A stretch of 64,000 bases of DNA from a virus. Both the position numbers and the translations under genes were made by a program. Of this stretch, positions 35,665-45,900 are shown piece by piece; positions within the stretch are counted from its first letter, which is position 1; each line of letters begins with the position of its first letter. The stretch spans positions 2,236-66,235 of IMG/VR virus record IMGVR_UViG_3300009703_000014; one strand, given 5' to 3'. The notes beneath the pieces are model-generated. The model worked only from the letters and a program-made list of their open reading frames with translations. It was not told where the DNA came from and did no database searches.

Positions 35665-36600
35665 AATTAAGAGTATTTTGTGTTGCACTTCGAGGGAAGG
35701 GAGGGGTCTCGTCGTGGCCTGGATTCAGAACCTTCTCGTTGTCGCTGTTGCAGCGGGCGTCCTGAGGCCTAGGAGAACCGGGTGATCGCGTCATCCTTTT
35801 GGAGGGGCGTCCTGTCTGGCATGCATCCAGAGCTGAGCTGTAGCTGGGGTGTCACCTGAGTCTCATCGGTTGTTGTCCGTTGGATCTTAGGGGCGGGCCA
35901 TGCCCAGTATGTTGGCGGCGCTCTGATCATGAGCTTGTATTTCGTGACCGTTCGGGGACCCTTGGGCTCCACCTGGGGTGAATCGCGTCAACATGTTCCC
36001 GTGTGGTTCATGTGTCATGGCTGGCGTAACCTTAGGCCCTGGAACCGGAGGACGCCTCCGTTGTTGCTCGCGAGATTCCTGACGATAAAAGTGGCTCCGT
36101 TCATATCACGGTGTTTCGGCATGACGTTTTCCGAGCCCGATCCGGGCTCTTGTGCTGATAGTGATATGTGGTGACCTTTAGTCAGGAAGACTGTGAGTGA
36201 CTCTAGTGGCGTCCTTTGTGGTCAGGACCGGTTGCGGTCGTTATGACACTACTCTTTGGTATTAATTCTTTAGAAACGGTACGTCTCTGGGTTTGCAAAA
36301 TCTGCGAACCGTTTAGCCATCTACCAACGTATATTGTTATCTATACAATAAATTCCCTACTCTAGCCTATGAGGCTCTTGGGGATTTATGTCCACTTACT
36401 AGGGGAATGAATAAAAGTCCTGCAGAATCAGTAAATTTCGGCTCGGGGGGCACCTTCATTCGGAAGGTGCTCAAAATGAGAGCATAGAACTTTACTGTAG
36501 TGCGTGGAGGTTTATTCATTCTCGAAGAAGTTTGTTGTCTTGTTCTTTGGTAACACACTTACAAAGTCGTATCGACTTTGAATCCTTATTTTATAAGGAA
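35665..36600 (-). ncRNA. Large structured non-coding element (candidate RT template RNA): AT-richer 5' domain plus about 590-nt GC-rich closed domain
   Basis: About 1.07-kb gene-free gap. Nested helices TCCTGAC/GTCAGGA, CATATCAC/GTGATATG, GAGCCCG/CGGGCTC, GAATGAATAAA/TTTATTCATTC; closing stem AAGAGTA+GTGT / ACAC+TACTCTT. Confidence 0.55.
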
Positions 36601-36618
36601 AGGGTCTATAGATATTAT

Positions 36619-36858
36619 TTAGAAAGTTTTCTCTTCTTGTAGTGAAAATTTTCTAAATAACGAGATTGCTTTTTTTAATTCTCTAAGACTTCGTCTTGTA
36701 CGCTTCGCAGCCGTTTTAGTCCCAATAATCGTAAACCGTAAGTTTTGATTTTTTGCTTCTAAGAACAGCTCCTCCATGTACGTGAAAACTTCTTGCCCTG
36801 AGCTAAATTGCTTTTCTCGATTTGTTTTGGTAGTATCCTTCTTTATATTATGTTCCAT
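36619..36858 (-). CDS. Small basic protein, Hc1/histone-H1-like type (79 aa)
   Basis: F...GTKTAAKRTRRSLRELKK..RK pattern resembling Hc1-like proteins. Confidence 0.55.
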   Translation of the reverse strand: MEHNIKKDTTKTNREKQFSSGQEVFTYMEELFLEAKNQNLRFTIIGTKTAAKRTRRSLRELKKAISLFRKFSLQEEKTF

Positions 36859-37568
36859 TGTTTACCTTTAGTAACTGTACTTCTCCAACACTTGTTGCAT
36901 GTCGAGCAGGATTTTTCGTGAGGTATCAGGCCGCTATCACAGGGACAGCTTTCTTTATATACTCTCGATTTTTCCATTTCTTTGTGTTTTTTTGATATGT
37001 TGAAGAAAATTGTGAAGTCTAAGCCTTTCTTTTTCCAGGATCCAAAGCTATCTGCTGTCCCTGTGTAGGCAAGGCCTATTTTGTCTAAGCCTTTTTGATT
37101 TTTAATATTTTTATAGTTGGCCATATTTTGGTCATCAAAGCTCAGTATTATTTTTGTTAGGTTTCTTAGGTTTTTTAAACGGTTAATATAAGGGAGCATG
37201 TGGGTCTGCGTTATATTTTTTGATATAATATAAAATTTAAAGTCAAGTAATTTTAGAAACTCTAGATGATGCTCTTTAAAATCACCGCTCCCATAAATTC
37301 TTACTGGGAGTTTGTCTAAGCGATGGTATGCTTTAGCTTTACTTCTTCTATATTTGCGATACTCTTTATTCAGAGCACTAGCAAACATTTTTGGGTTGTC
37401 AGTTGCCATAGTTTCATTACGTTCTATCTTAGGCTTATATGCCTTATATAATTTTTCCAAGTTGCCTACATAACAGTAGGCGCATATTTGGTCGCAGGTT
37501 GTAAACCTGTCAAAGTCTAAGGATAAAATCGTTTTTGAATTAGTGGTAAATATAGGAGGCGCTGACAT
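36843..37568 (-). CDS. Radical-SAM-like / Gp88-like Fe-S protein (241 aa)
   Basis: CDQICAYCY (CxxxCxxC), VRIYGSGDF, C-terminal CPCD...CSTCNKCW. Confidence 0.7.
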   Translation of the reverse strand: MSAPPIFTTNSKTILSLDFDRFTTCDQICAYCYVGNLEKLYKAYKPKIERNETMATDNPKMFASALNKEYRKYRRSKAKAYHRLDKLPVRIYGSGDFKEHHLEFLKLLDFKFYIISKNITQTHMLPYINRLKNLRNLTKIILSFDDQNMANYKNIKNQKGLDKIGLAYTGTADSFGSWKKKGLDFTIFFNISKKHKEMEKSRVYKESCPCDSGLIPHEKSCSTCNKCWRSTVTKGKQWNII

Positions 37569-37577
37569 AATAACACT

Positions 37578-37787
37578 CTACGTCCTTTTAGCAGGCCTAG
37601 CATCATACTTCTTATCCACCCCTTCCATATAATGCTCAAAGGTGATAGGCGATATGCTTGCAAGGCTTGAATTGCGTATTTTCTTGCTTATTGTGAGTGC
37701 GTCCATAATGTCTTCCGCTCGTACATACATCGTACGTCCACTACTTCTTTTTTTTCCAGTTTCCAGCACTATTTTGAAATGCTGCAT
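37578..37787 (-). CDS. Hypothetical protein (69 aa)
   Basis: ORF track; co-oriented. Confidence 0.6.
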   Translation of the reverse strand: MQHFKIVLETGKKRSSGRTMYVRAEDIMDALTISKKIRNSSLASISPITFEHYMEGVDKKYDARPAKRT

Positions 37788-37799
37788 AAAAGTCTCCGG

Positions 37800-37922
37800 T
37801 TATTTAGTTTTGCTAGGTTTTGGTGTAGTCATTGATTCAAGTTCTTCAGTTGCCATGATTTGGGCTATCTGTGATATAGCTATTATGGCGATTAAGCCTA
37901 TGAGTTTTCCTAGCTGTTCCAT
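37800..37922 (-). CDS. Small hydrophobic peptide (40 aa)
   Basis: MEQLGKLIGLIAIIAISQIAQ...; fills the gap between neighbouring genes. Confidence 0.45.
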   Translation of the reverse strand: MEQLGKLIGLIAIIAISQIAQIMATEELESMTTPKPSKTK

Positions 37923-37927
37923 GAAGT

Positions 37928-38425
37928 CTATGGTTGGTTTAATTTAATTTCTGTGTTGCAGTACATAAACAAAAATCGTTTACATTCGTTTAACAGAACT
38001 TTAATTTGTTTTTTTAGTCCACCAGGCGAGGTGGTTCCTAATTTTCGTGTTATTGTAACTTCTTTTTTTGTCCATGAGTATTCAAAATTTATCTTTTTTG
38101 ATATCATTTGCTTCTCAAAAGAGGCGGGGAAAGTTTGTTTTAGTTGTAGGTTTGGCCTGCCGTTAGACATGTCAAGCAACAACTGCATAAACCCCGTTTT
38201 TAATGTATCTTTTTTATTTAGTAAGAGAGTCAGATTATTTACGTCACTAAATTCAGTGAATATAAATAGAGCTCCTTCTGTCTCAACCCAGCCGAAAGGC
38301 AGGTAGCAAGACGTTTCTTTTAGCCTATCAAACTTTTTACTTAGCAGAACTAAGTTTTTAGCGTCATTTTGCCAAGCTGTGTCAAAAACTGGTTTCCTCT
38401 TACTGGGTGTAAGCTTTTTATCCAT
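37928..38425 (-). CDS. Hypothetical protein overlapping the RT 3' end (up to 165 aa)
   Basis: ORF track; 76-nt overlap with RT, start uncertain. Confidence 0.6.
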   Translation of the reverse strand: MDKKLTPSKRKPVFDTAWQNDAKNLVLLSKKFDRLKETSCYLPFGWVETEGALFIFTEFSDVNNLTLLLNKKDTLKTGFMQLLLDMSNGRPNLQLKQTFPASFEKQMISKKINFEYSWTKKEVTITRKLGTTSPGGLKKQIKVLLNECKRFLFMYCNTEIKLNQP

Positions 38426-39252
38426 TCGCAGTATCCTCTCATTTGCTGATATTCTTCTAGAGAAATTGTTTTTTGATCTCTATTGATGTTGTGTAATTTT
38501 GCTCTGAAGTTACGCCACTTCCATTTTGGAACGCTTAACTTCTTATTTACAACCACCCCTGTAATGCTCATGCGTTGGTTGGGTTTTCGTATCCGCGTCT
38601 TCTTAGGATTTACTTTCAGGTCTGCCATTTCTATAAATTCTGTGATAGGTTTTATATGTGTCCCCATTTTTTCACTTTTATCCGAGTGGCTAAAGGTGAG
38701 GTCATCAGCATATCTCGTGTAGAGAAGCCCATGGATTTCGCTGTATGTGCTTAAATTGTGATCTAGAGCTATACAGTATAAGTTTGCCAATGCCGGTGAT
38801 GTGGGGGATCCTTGTGGAAGCTGTCCCTTATAAGTAACCAATTTTACAAAAACTTTCAAATCCTCTCTTGTAAAAGTAAAAGAGGGCTCTATTTTCTTAT
38901 ACCTATTAAATAGGGAAAACCCCAATTTATAAACGTTTGCCGTTTTAATAGAATTGAAGAAGTTCGATAGGTCCATGCAGAGTAAAGCGTCTCGCCCTAA
39001 GTGCCTTAATGCTCCGTCTGCAACGCCAATGCCCGACACAAAACCTACAGCTGCGTCATGAGCACTGAAGTTATATAAAAAGGAATATAAAATTCTACTT
39101 TGTATCTCCTTTAATTCGTCTAGGGGGGCGTCTAGCCAACGCTTCTTTCCACTTTTTTTGCTGATGGGGTACGATAAGTAGTTTTTCCCTTGGTCGGAAA
39201 TTATGCCCATAGCCTCTTGTTTGCTTGTCTGTATGCATTCATAAAAATCCAT
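38350..39252 (-). CDS. Retron-type reverse transcriptase (300 aa)
   Basis: ISKKSGKKR..AP...LK.IQ, HDAAVGF, GALRH (NAxxH-like region X), DLSNFF, LPQGSPTSP, YTRYADDLTFS, ITGVVVN (VTG-like region Y); AGGAG RBS. Confidence 0.92.
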   Translation of the reverse strand: MDFYECIQTSKQEAMGIISDQGKNYLSYPISKKSGKKRWLDAPLDELKEIQSRILYSFLYNFSAHDAAVGFVSGIGVADGALRHLGRDALLCMDLSNFFNSIKTANVYKLGFSLFNRYKKIEPSFTFTREDLKVFVKLVTYKGQLPQGSPTSPALANLYCIALDHNLSTYSEIHGLLYTRYADDLTFSHSDKSEKMGTHIKPITEFIEMADLKVNPKKTRIRKPNQRMSITGVVVNKKLSVPKWKWRNFRAKLHNINRDQKTISLEEYQQMRGYCEWIKSLHPVRGNQFLTQLGKMTLKT

Positions 39253-39269
39253 AAAAACTCCTTTTTTTT

Positions 39270-39550
39270 AATTACAATCATACTACTAGGCCAGCTTCTC
39301 GGAAGGCGTCCGCTTCCGAGAGTTGCCGTGTTGTTGTTTCGTGTTGTCCCACACGAAGTATTTAGTATTATCTTAAGAAAAGCGAAGCGCCTTTCGTAGA
39401 CTTTGTTTTTATAACGTAGTCGTATTAGTCTATAACTGTACTAAACAGTAATCTTTTAATATGATTGATTACGGTTATTTTAGGTACTATGCCAGACGAA
39501 TCGTTCTGGGTACCGTATTATATAATACAGTGCGTACTACAGTTAGTTTT
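39270..39550 (-). ncRNA. Structured ncRNA upstream of RT (msr-msd-like)
   Basis: Hairpins TCTCGGAAG/CTTCCGAGA, TTCGTGT/ACACGAA, GAAAGGCG/CGCTTTTC, GGTAC-CCAGA/TCTGG-GTACC; inverted repeat CAATCATA (39275-39282) / TATGATTG (39460-39467). Confidence 0.65.
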
Positions 39551-39554
39551 TTTG

Positions 39555-41090
39555 TTACACTACTGAAAAAATAATTTCAGCTACTTTGTCAGCGGAAGAC
39601 TGTCTTATATCGTCTAACTTGCTAATCTTGTCCGAAAACTCGTTAATGGCGCAATCAGTATTATAATCCACATCAACCAGAACAGAGTGTACTATTACAT
39701 TTTTTTGCTTCTTCCAGGAAATGAAATCATATAACCAACTTTTCCTGACTGCGGAGTTTCCATCCGTAATAAACACAATGTCCGCTTTTTTAAATTCTTT
39801 GTGGTCGTTTATTGTGTCTTTGGCGAGATCTAGCGGTGGCTCGAATTGGGTACCGCCGCTTGCGAAAAACTCCGCCATGTCTAAAACCTCTGATACATTA
39901 TAGGCATCAGATTTTAGAAAGTTGTTGGTGTGAAGCATGTGCTTGGGTGAGGCATCGAAGTGAATAACGTGCAAGCTTCTGTTTTCAGCTCTAGCTATTT
40001 CTAGCAAACCCATGGCTACTCCTTTAGCCCATATTTCAGGCTCTCCGTGCATACTTCCACTACTATCAATACACACTACAATGGGACCTTTTGCCTTTTT
40101 TTCCTTACCAGCATACTTATATTGTAATAAGTTACTTTCCACATAATTCTTTTTGAACGATGTTTTTAGCAGAGGGTGCGACAGCTTTGACATCTCAGTC
40201 GGAATCAGCTTTCCTATGTCCTTCCCAAGTTCTATATCATAAATGCTATTTACACCTTTTGATATTTTGTTCTTGAAAGTACTAAGGGCTAAAGACTTAT
40301 AGCGGCCCATTAAAGCAGCTATTTCCTTTAACTTTTTGGAAGTATTCAGGGTTTCCAATAATTTTAGTTTTTCTTGATACCCGCTTTTTTGATAGTTAGG
40401 GTCCTGCTCTAGCCCCCAGTTAGCTATCATCTCTGAAGTTTCCTGGGTTTTGGAAATTGCCTTATCTAGCATCCTGTTTATCTGTCGTTTTTCTTTCTTC
40501 TCTACGACATTTAAAGTGTTTAGAGTATCCTCGAGGTGTTTTTGAGCGTCCTCTAAACTTATCTGTTCTTGGGATTTTCCTTCCCCAGTCCCGTTGTTCT
40601 CCTTTTCTGCATCACCTCCTGCAGCTTGTTCCTTGTCGGCAGCATTCTCTGCGGCACTCTCTAGGTTTTTAAGCGCTTCATCGAACTTGTCCTTAAGGTC
40701 TTTAACCAAATCCTTAACCTGTTCCCCAACTACTTCGGTACCCACGGCAGCATTTAGCTTGTCAAGCCTAGTCATTCCTCTTAGTTCCTTATATTGAGGG
40801 CTGTCCATAACGGCATCCATCACCTGGCTATTTAAACTATATTCGTAAGCTATATCTTTGTCGTCGAATTTTTCGGGACTATACTTATATAAGCTATCGA
40901 AAACGTCTTGGTGGAGATGCTCGAACTGTGGGTACATATCTGTGCCGGACATGTAAGTGGCGGCTATTTTTGGATTTTTTAGTAGAAGCTCTTTGAAAGC
41001 GTGTATGTCGAAATTGTCATACTTCACGCTATACTTCTCGGATTTTATTCGTTTTAGAATACTTTTTGCTTTTTCTGACAATGTTTTCAT
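39555..41090 (-). CDS. vWA-domain protein, ViaA/CoxE-like (511 aa)
   Basis: MIDAS IDSSGSM, GGTQFEPPL, IVFITDG. Confidence 0.88.
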   Translation of the reverse strand: MKTLSEKAKSILKRIKSEKYSVKYDNFDIHAFKELLLKNPKIAATYMSGTDMYPQFEHLHQDVFDSLYKYSPEKFDDKDIAYEYSLNSQVMDAVMDSPQYKELRGMTRLDKLNAAVGTEVVGEQVKDLVKDLKDKFDEALKNLESAAENAADKEQAAGGDAEKENNGTGEGKSQEQISLEDAQKHLEDTLNTLNVVEKKEKRQINRMLDKAISKTQETSEMIANWGLEQDPNYQKSGYQEKLKLLETLNTSKKLKEIAALMGRYKSLALSTFKNKISKGVNSIYDIELGKDIGKLIPTEMSKLSHPLLKTSFKKNYVESNLLQYKYAGKEKKAKGPIVVCIDSSGSMHGEPEIWAKGVAMGLLEIARAENRSLHVIHFDASPKHMLHTNNFLKSDAYNVSEVLDMAEFFASGGTQFEPPLDLAKDTINDHKEFKKADIVFITDGNSAVRKSWLYDFISWKKQKNVIVHSVLVDVDYNTDCAINEFSDKISKLDDIRQSSADKVAEIIFSVV

Positions 41091-41099
41091 ATTACTCCT

Positions 41100-42233
41100 T
41101 TAAGTAAAGCTCACGCCGCAAGCTTCGTTATATACTTCTGTAAGATACTGGTCTATTTTTGATTCTAAAGCTCTTACTTCTTTAGTATCTCGACCCTTTT
41201 CTTTTATGCTCAAATAATAAGAATTCATCTTTTTCTTCGCATCTTTTAATTTTACAGCTACCTCTACACCTTTTTTAAGGCGGTTAGCATCGTTATTTTC
41301 TATACTCATTACAGAGTCATATAAATCTTGAGCGTCGTCGAATAATTCCATAATTTTATTCTTTTCAGGATTTATCAGATCTAGTATAGCTGAGTAAACA
41401 TACTTAGCTTCGTCAGGATCTGACCACATTACGTGCTGTAAAATGTCTAAGTCACCTTCTAAGACGGTATCTCTTTTTTGGTAGTAAGCTTCTGCTTTCA
41501 ATAAGTTGATACAGCCCTTATAAGATCTATCTGAAACTTTGATACCTTTGTCATTTAGACTAGTCTTTAGGTTAGCAATTATTTCTATTATGTCTTTAGA
41601 AACTGTCACTTTTTTCACAGCTTTTCTTATAGAGAGGATGTCCTCTAAGCTGATCAATGGAGCATTTTTTATGGGCTCACTTTGCATCATTTTAACGAAG
41701 TTAGAAGACTCTTTGATTGGTTTAACCATGTACTTTAAGGTAAATCTGTCTAACATCGCTTCCAAGCCATCCCCTTCTTCGGGTAACTCATTAGAAGCCC
41801 CCACGAGGGTTAATAAGGGTATATTCACTGGTTTGCCGTCGTTAAAGAAAATCCGTTCATTCAGAATGGTTAGCAGGAAGTTTAAGACCCCTGAATTGCC
41901 TTTCCAAGTTTCGTCAATAAAGGCTATATCGGCCTCCGGTAACTTACCTGTGGTATTTCTTAAAAACTTGTCTGACTCTAAACCCTTTAGAGAGTATGGG
42001 CCTGCCAATTCCTCTGGCGTTGAGTATGCCGTTAAAAGCCAGCTGAAGTAGTTGCTTTTATCTATCAATTTTGCCCAGCTATTCACTAAGAGGGACTTTC
42101 CTACCCCTGGAGGGCCTAAGTATAATATATTGTTACCTGAAATAACTCCGAGAGTTAATCCATGTATCTCATCTGCCCTCTCTACGAAGTAGCTATTGAG
42201 TGTTTTTTCTATTTTTTGAAGTTTATCATGCAT
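41100..42233 (-). CDS. MoxR/RavA-type AAA+ ATPase (377 aa)
   Basis: GPPGVGKS Walker A, FIDETWK Walker B, GASNELP, LDRF; adjacent to vWA partner. Confidence 0.88.
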   Translation of the reverse strand: MHDKLQKIEKTLNSYFVERADEIHGLTLGVISGNNILYLGPPGVGKSLLVNSWAKLIDKSNYFSWLLTAYSTPEELAGPYSLKGLESDKFLRNTTGKLPEADIAFIDETWKGNSGVLNFLLTILNERIFFNDGKPVNIPLLTLVGASNELPEEGDGLEAMLDRFTLKYMVKPIKESSNFVKMMQSEPIKNAPLISLEDILSIRKAVKKVTVSKDIIEIIANLKTSLNDKGIKVSDRSYKGCINLLKAEAYYQKRDTVLEGDLDILQHVMWSDPDEAKYVYSAILDLINPEKNKIMELFDDAQDLYDSVMSIENNDANRLKKGVEVAVKLKDAKKKMNSYYLSIKEKGRDTKEVRALESKIDQYLTEVYNEACGVSFT

Positions 42234-42595
42234 TATGCTGTTTCCTGTTTAAATAAATTTAGTTGTCGTTTTTTTTGTTCAATCTCTTCTCGCTCTACAA
42301 TAAAGGCTTTTGCCCCTTCTCGCTCCGTCACATTTAAAAGTTTTTGGATATCTTTTATGCTGTCGAAACTTCTTGGTTTTATGATAGCTTCATAAGAAGA
42401 GAGCTCAAGATCCGCTGGTATTACTTCGCAGTGTATATGAATGAGCAAACCTAGCCCATTTAAGCAAAGGCTTAACTTAACTGCTTCTAACGCAGATGAG
42501 TTTATAAAACAGTAAAAGTTAGTCTTTTGTGTCTTCAGTAGAGCTTTGTACCTTCTCTGTAGTAGGCTTTGCATCTGTTGTGCGAACGTCTCCAT
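42233..42595 (-). CDS. Hypothetical protein (up to 120 aa)
   Basis: ORF track; TAATG coupling to the AAA gene; start uncertain. Confidence 0.55.
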   Translation of the reverse strand: METFAQQMQSLLQRRYKALLKTQKTNFYCFINSSALEAVKLSLCLNGLGLLIHIHCEVIPADLELSSYEAIIKPRSFDSIKDIQKLLNVTEREGAKAFIVEREEIEQKKRQLNLFKQETA

Positions 42596-42710
42596 CCTTG
42601 TCCTCGCTTTCTTCTCCGGGAACTAGCGCGTCCAGAGCTAAATCTGTTATGTTGTCTATTAAACGTTTAATGTGTATTTTTAAATCTTTGTTATTCATAC
42701 ATTTCTCCAC
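42519..42710 (-). CDS. Small hypothetical protein (63 aa)
   Basis: ORF track. Confidence 0.45.
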   Translation of the reverse strand: MEKCMNNKDLKIHIKRLIDNITDLALDALVPGEESEDKDGDVRTTDAKPTTEKVQSSTEDTKD

Positions 42711-42947
42711 TATTTTAAGTTAAGAAAAAGAGACTAAGCCCTTTTTCTATAGTATACTAACTATGATTTAGGTAAATCATATATTTCCGTATTTGATATC
42801 TCTACATCTTCTGTAGAGGTTATGTCTTCCATATTCATAATTGTTTTGACTTCCCTTATATTTAGGGTTATATTTAAATATTCTAAAATATTTTAATTTG
42901 AGGTAAATTATAAGCCTCATTGTTCTTATACCAAAAAAACACCAATT

Positions 42948-45900
42948 ATGGAAAATCTATTAAACCACGAATTACAAAATAAGCGTATTCAAAAATCTAT
43001 TATAAAGTCTATAAACAGTTATTTTCCTGTAGAGGCCGGCAACAAGCGCTTAGACATCAGTGACTTATCAATAAAAGATTCTTTAGACAGTAATGACTTT
43101 CCAGCACAAAAAGAAAGTAAATTAAGCAGACAAAGCTGGCAAGTTCCGATTTACGCTTCCCTTACTTTAACAGATCTTTTAACACAAAAAGTTATTAGTA
43201 AAAAAACGAATATAAAGATAGGGGACGTCCCTAAGCTAACAAACAGATTTACTACCATTGTTGATGGAAATGAATATCAAACAGTAAATCAGCTTAGACG
43301 TAAACCTGGGGTTTATTCAAGAATTAAAAAGAATGGGGAACTTGAAAGCGAGTTTAATCTCGCTAAGGGTGTGAACTTTAAAATGCAGCTTGATCCAGTT
43401 AAAGAAGTTTTTTATATTGTGCTGGCCAACAGACGTTATAGACTGTGAACTTTATTACAAACACTAGGAATGTCTGATGCGGATATGGAGCGTTTTTGGG
43501 GAAGCGAACTTTTGCTTAAAAATAAAAAAGGCGCCCTAAACACAGAAGAATCAGAGATGACTGCTATTTATAGTAAGCTTTATAGAAAGCCTGCTAAAGA
43601 TTATGATTCTGTGGTGAAGGGGCTACGTAATTACTTTACAGAAGAAGGTACTAAATTAGATGAAGGCACCACTAAACTTACCCTGGGAAAGTCCTTTAAA
43701 GCTGTTACAGGGGAAACCTTAATTGCAGCCTCAAATAAGTTACTAAATATTCATAAAGGCAAGGAGGCTGCAGACGATCGGGATAGTTTAGTATATAAGA
43801 ATATGCATACGGTGGATGATCTTGTGATTGACCATTTTCATAGAAATGCCGAAGTCATAGTAGAAAAAATTAAAAGATCTATGGGGCTTAGAGACACAGT
43901 TCGCGCTGTAATTCCTGCAAGCACCTTTACTAAGCCTGTAAAAGATTTCTTTACTTCAGGTGACCTGTCAGCAACACCTGCCCAAACGAATCCAGCAGTT
44001 ATTGTGTCTGACTGGAGAAAAACGTCTCCTATGGGAACAGGGGGAATACAAAGCAGGCACGCCATTACTATGGAAACTCGAGACGTGCAGCCTACGCATC
44101 TAAGCTTTTTAGACCCACTAGCTACTCCTGAATCAGGCAGAGTAGGCGTAACGGTAGGGTTATCTTCTGAGGTACAAAAACAAAATGGGGAAATGAAAAC
44201 TCCTGTTGTTAATCCAAAAACTAACAAGATGGTATTTGTTACTCCTTTAGAGTTTTTTGAAGCAAGGGTAGGATTCCCTGACCAGTATTCTTATAAAAAT
44301 TCTAAGGTGGTACCTAGATATAAAATAGTGAATGCCCAATATAAAGGGAAGCTGGTTAGGATAAAAGCCTCCCAAGTCGATTACTATATAAGATCACCCA
44401 AGTCTATGTTTTCTTTTGCATCAAATATGGTGCCTTTTATGCAGACAGTTCAGGGAAACAGGGCATCTACGGCCGGTCGAATGATAGGACAAGCCTTGGG
44501 CTTGGATAATAAGGAAGCCCCCCTCGTGCAAACTTTAAGAGACTCCGGCGCCGGTACAGGAAAAGAAACTTATGAAAAACTAATAGGTAATTTTTTAAAC
44601 CCAATACTCGGGAAAGATTCTAAGGGAAAGACGCAAAAAGGGATAGTTGAAAAGATTACAAAAGACTATATTTATATTAAAACGTCTGACGGGCGGCAAG
44701 TAAAGCGGGGCCTATATAACAATTTTCCCCTAAATCAGGATGGCTTTTTACACTCCAACCCTTTAGTTAAAGTAGGTGACTCTATAAAGTCAGACACAAT
44801 ATTAGCAGACAATAATTATGCAGACAAGGACACCTTAGCTCTGGGTAAAAACCTTTCAGTGGCCTACATGGCTTACAAAGGTTTTAATTTTGAGGACGGT
44901 GCCGTTATAACAGAAAGTGCTGCTAAAAAGCTATCGCATACAATGTTACACAGACTGAATGTTTTTTATAGCCCAAAAACATCTTTATTTGACGTAAGTA
45001 AATTTCAAGCATGGTTTCCGGATGACATAACAAATAGTAGTATTTTGGATGCCACCGGCGTTGTTAAAAAAGGGGCCACCGTCAATCCGGGCGACACTGT
45101 CGTTGCTTTTTTAATAGAAAAAGAAATGGATGACCGAGAAAAAGCTTTAAAAAAATTAGATAAGTTTACATTTACCCCTTACACAAAAAAAACGTTGGTA
45201 TGGGAAGAAGACGAGCCAGGAATTGTTAGCGAGGTTAGGAGGGTTGGCAGAAATATTGACGTATACATCAAAAGTACCCATCCTTTTACAGAAGGTGATA
45301 AGCTATCAGGGCGGTATGGCAATAAATACATCGTAACTAAAATTATTGACGATGCGGATTCGCCTCATAGAGAAAACGGGGAGCCTGTTGAAATACTATT
45401 AAATCCTCATGGTGTTCCCGCACGAATGAATGTGGGACAAATTTTAGAAACAGCTGCGGCTAAAATAGCTAAAAAAACAGGGAAACCTTACATTGTTAAT
45501 AACTTTGAAAACCCTGACGCAGACATGGTCACTAATATGAGCAAGGAGTTAAAGAAGCATGGGTTAAAAACTACTGAGATACTGACCGACGGAAAAACGG
45601 GTCAATCTTTTGAAACCCCTATATATACAGGTGGGCAGTACTTTATGAAACTGCGCCATATTGTTAAGAAAAAGGAAGGAAAACACGCGTTCGGTACTTA
45701 TGATATTGATGAGCAGCCTACAGGAAAGGGGTCCCAAAGAATTGGAGTATTAGACACATACTCTTACCTAGCACACGGTGCAAAAGCAAACTTAAGAGAA
45801 ATGACTTCTATAAAAAGTAGGCAGAATGAGGAGTATTGACGTAATTTACAGTTAGGGTTACCTCCTGTAAAACCTCAACGAAACTTTATATTTAATAAAA

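Noticed and set aside
35690-36250. DGR template repeat (AAC-rich minus strand near an RT)
   Set aside because: No variable-repeat partner differing at adenines found in the window, no Avd-like gene recognised, and the RT has retron-type LPQG/YADD/VTG motifs. A VR outside the window cannot be excluded.
35690-36250. Polylinker-like array of restriction sites
   Set aside because: By-eye count of 4-mer palindromes (about 35 in about 570 nt) is close to the 1-in-16 random expectation; only a few specific motifs (CATG, GGCGTCC) recur.
35769-36558. ORF-track ORFs inside the structured element (35769-35972, 35929-36174, 36367-36558)
   Set aside because: No RBS, atypical composition, no motifs; expected by chance in GC-rich sequence. 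I also saw no stop-free frame suggesting a rolling-circle-encoded gene.
38350-39252. Group II intron or CRISPR-associated RT
   Set aside because: Only 300 aa with no maturase or endonuclease extension, no intron domain V recognised, no Cas1 or array.
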